From NCBI GenBank assembly GCA_050633765.1, contig JBOEHC010000073.1:1-48936 (forward strand): DNA of 48,936 bases, written 5' to 3'. Numbering within the stretch: position 1 is the first letter of the stretch; the number at the start of each line of letters is the position of its first letter. A program made the translations under genes and the position numbers. Under the pieces are notes generated by a model. It saw only the letters and a list, made by a program, of their open reading frames with translations. It did no database searches and was not told the DNA's origin. Shown here piece after piece: positions 48,498-48,936 of the stretch. This DNA is from Gammaproteobacteria bacterium (lineage in GTDB: Bacteria; Pseudomonadota; Gammaproteobacteria; UBA4575).

Positions 48498-48936
48498 ATG
48501 AAGAAATTTTACAAATTTATAACTGTATCAGTCGGATCTGCTTTATTGTTTTCAACCATGTTTGTCACTTTTGTTTATGCTGATAGCAAGGTTGGTATTT
48601 CAGCTGAAAGCGGTAACGCAGAGTTGGCTGCATTCGATATTGTTCATGCCAAAATTACTGCTAGTGATAATTGGTTAACATTCCACATGCATGTCAGTGG
48701 TAAAGCTGGAGAAACTACACCAACACCAACAGGTAAACTGGAAGGTAGTGATGTTTTTTCTTATGTTTGGCCAACAAAATTAGATAGTGCCATCGTAGGT
48801 TTTGATAAGGAGCAAGGTATATTGTCAATGGCGATTACATCTCATCCAGATTTTGATGACACACCGCTGTTTGATGAAAACGGTGATGGCGATCTTGGTA
48901 ATGATGGAACAGTTTGGCACTCACATTGGGTTGTAC
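48498..48936 (+). CDS. secreted hypothetical protein (partial, runs off the window)
   Basis: GAGG RBS; open frame MKKFYKF..VYA-DSK..FDIVHAKI..YVWPT..HPDFDDTPLFDENGDG..WHSHWVV; not in the ORF track because it has no stop. Confidence 0.82.
   Translation, partial: MKKFYKFITVSVGSALLFSTMFVTFVYADSKVGISAESGNAELAAFDIVHAKITASDNWLTFHMHVSGKAGETTPTPTGKLEGSDVFSYVWPTKLDSAIVGFDKEQGILSMAITSHPDFDDTPLFDENGDGDLGNDGTVWHSHWVV

Overview
AT-rich chromosomal window (roughly 40% GC by eye) from a gammaproteobacterium with a largely Pseudomonas-like core gene order. From left to right: the 3' end of phoR; pstSCAB-phoU with a Pho box; a small-gene cluster (DUF4332, an EHAG-repeat lipoprotein, a GlsB/YeaQ/YmgE protein, a TMEM143/DUF3754 protein); two tandem paralogous unknown genes; a YiaD-like OmpA lipoprotein; gmk-rpoZ-spoT-ridA-recG; a small secreted Cys-containing orphan and an EAL/HDOD protein; BASS transporter, Rieske and SnoaL genes; a 10-gene Mrp-type antiporter operon with three MrpD-like subunits and no MrpA; algZ(fimS)-algR-hemCDXY; argH; an esterase; lptM-lysA-(methyltransferase, CoA-binding)-dapF-DUF484-xerC; hslVU-DUF971; and an accessory MOSC/MarR/thioredoxin-like/secreted-protein module running off the end. 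I saw no rRNA, tRNA, CRISPR array or transposase. The most notable observations are: (i) a tandem pair of divergent paralogs sharing an N-terminal helical domain and a C-terminal HTH-like domain; (ii) three diverged copies of a ~110-120 bp palindromic MITE/RPE-like element, one of which supplies the argH stop codon; (iii) two related short palindromes (AATG-N2-CGCT-N-TT/TC-GGCC left arm) at core/accessory junctions, one with a second repeat nested in its loop; (iv) an RNA polymerase omega subunit with a ~130 aa acidic tail; (v) a Cys-tailed MarR module with a visible operator. All family assignments come from motif recognition, not database searches.
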